Part shown: one piece after another, positions 63,689-64,000 of the stretch
Position numbering within the stretch: the stretch's first letter is position 1
How the letters are laid out: every line of letters begins with the position of its first letter
Origin: a virus
Reading direction: 5' to 3' (one strand)
Length of the DNA: 64,000 nucleotides
IMG/VR virus record: IMGVR_UViG_3300021168_000001
Coordinates: 1-64,000 of that record
The notes under the pieces: model-generated
What the model saw: the letters and a program-made list of their open reading frames with translations, nothing else
Told to the model about the DNA's origin: nothing
Database searches by the model: none
Made by a program: the position numbers and the translations under genes

Positions 63689-64000
63689 GAGCCATTCCTC
63701 AGCAAGCGCGGCCGCACTTGGTTGCGAATCACCTCTCCTGCGCTTGTCAGTTGATCGGCAACGAATGAGTTCCATTCAGATACCTTGGCCGGCATCGCAG
63801 ATAGTGGAATCTCGATGGACACATCAATGCGCTGAACCCGTTGCGGATGCAGCTGCATCGCAGGACCTATATCGATCTTCGTTCCATTTGGGATGCGCGG
63901 CTTGCATCGTGTAAGAGTTCCATGCGTCATTGCGAACTGTCACCAAACACCTCTGAAGGGATTTCGCTTGCCTTGTTCGTTACCAATTTTTACAGGGGAC

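Noticed and set aside
1-64000. tRNA or rRNA genes
   Set aside because: No cloverleaf or rRNA signature was seen in the few intergenic gaps; a tRNAscan/Infernal run would be needed to exclude them fully

Overview
The whole window reads as part of a tailed dsDNA phage or prophage genome. No host housekeeping genes, integrase, tRNA, rRNA or CRISPR array were recognised. From 1 to ~14 kb the + strand carries an early/replication arm: SbcC/Rad50-like ATPase, two ASCH-like proteins, DnaQ-like exonuclease, SAM-binding protein, Xis-like HTH, DnaB, and an intein-containing DNA methyltransferase. This arm converges at a terminator (~14.06 kb) with a ~49 kb - strand late arm. The late arm runs TerS, TerL, M15 endolysin, MuF, portal, DUF2213-type protease/scaffold, decoration protein, DUF2184-type major capsid, neck, contractile sheath/tube, frameshifted chaperones, SLT tape measure, baseplate, fibres, holin-like and lipoprotein genes, so the virion is a myovirus type. 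About eight free-standing HNH genes are scattered through it. Three features stand out. (1) The portal is fused to an apparently intact type IB topoisomerase and an InPase-like domain. The domain boundaries carry an R-A-x-D motif that recurs in the scaffold, the capsid prodomain and two small modular ORFs, and the scaffold and those two ORFs share an R-x-R-[ML]-H-x-x-L-D helix; together this suggests a protease-released head-cargo system. (2) Two large Cys-rich fibre-like proteins carry Sec signal peptides and the same mature N-terminal motif. (3) A ~65-aa beta module is grafted into two neck proteins and a fibre adaptor and also occurs standalone, possibly as a docking socket. Family names come from motif recognition by eye, not from database searches. 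A host in the Acidobacteriota is only an inference.
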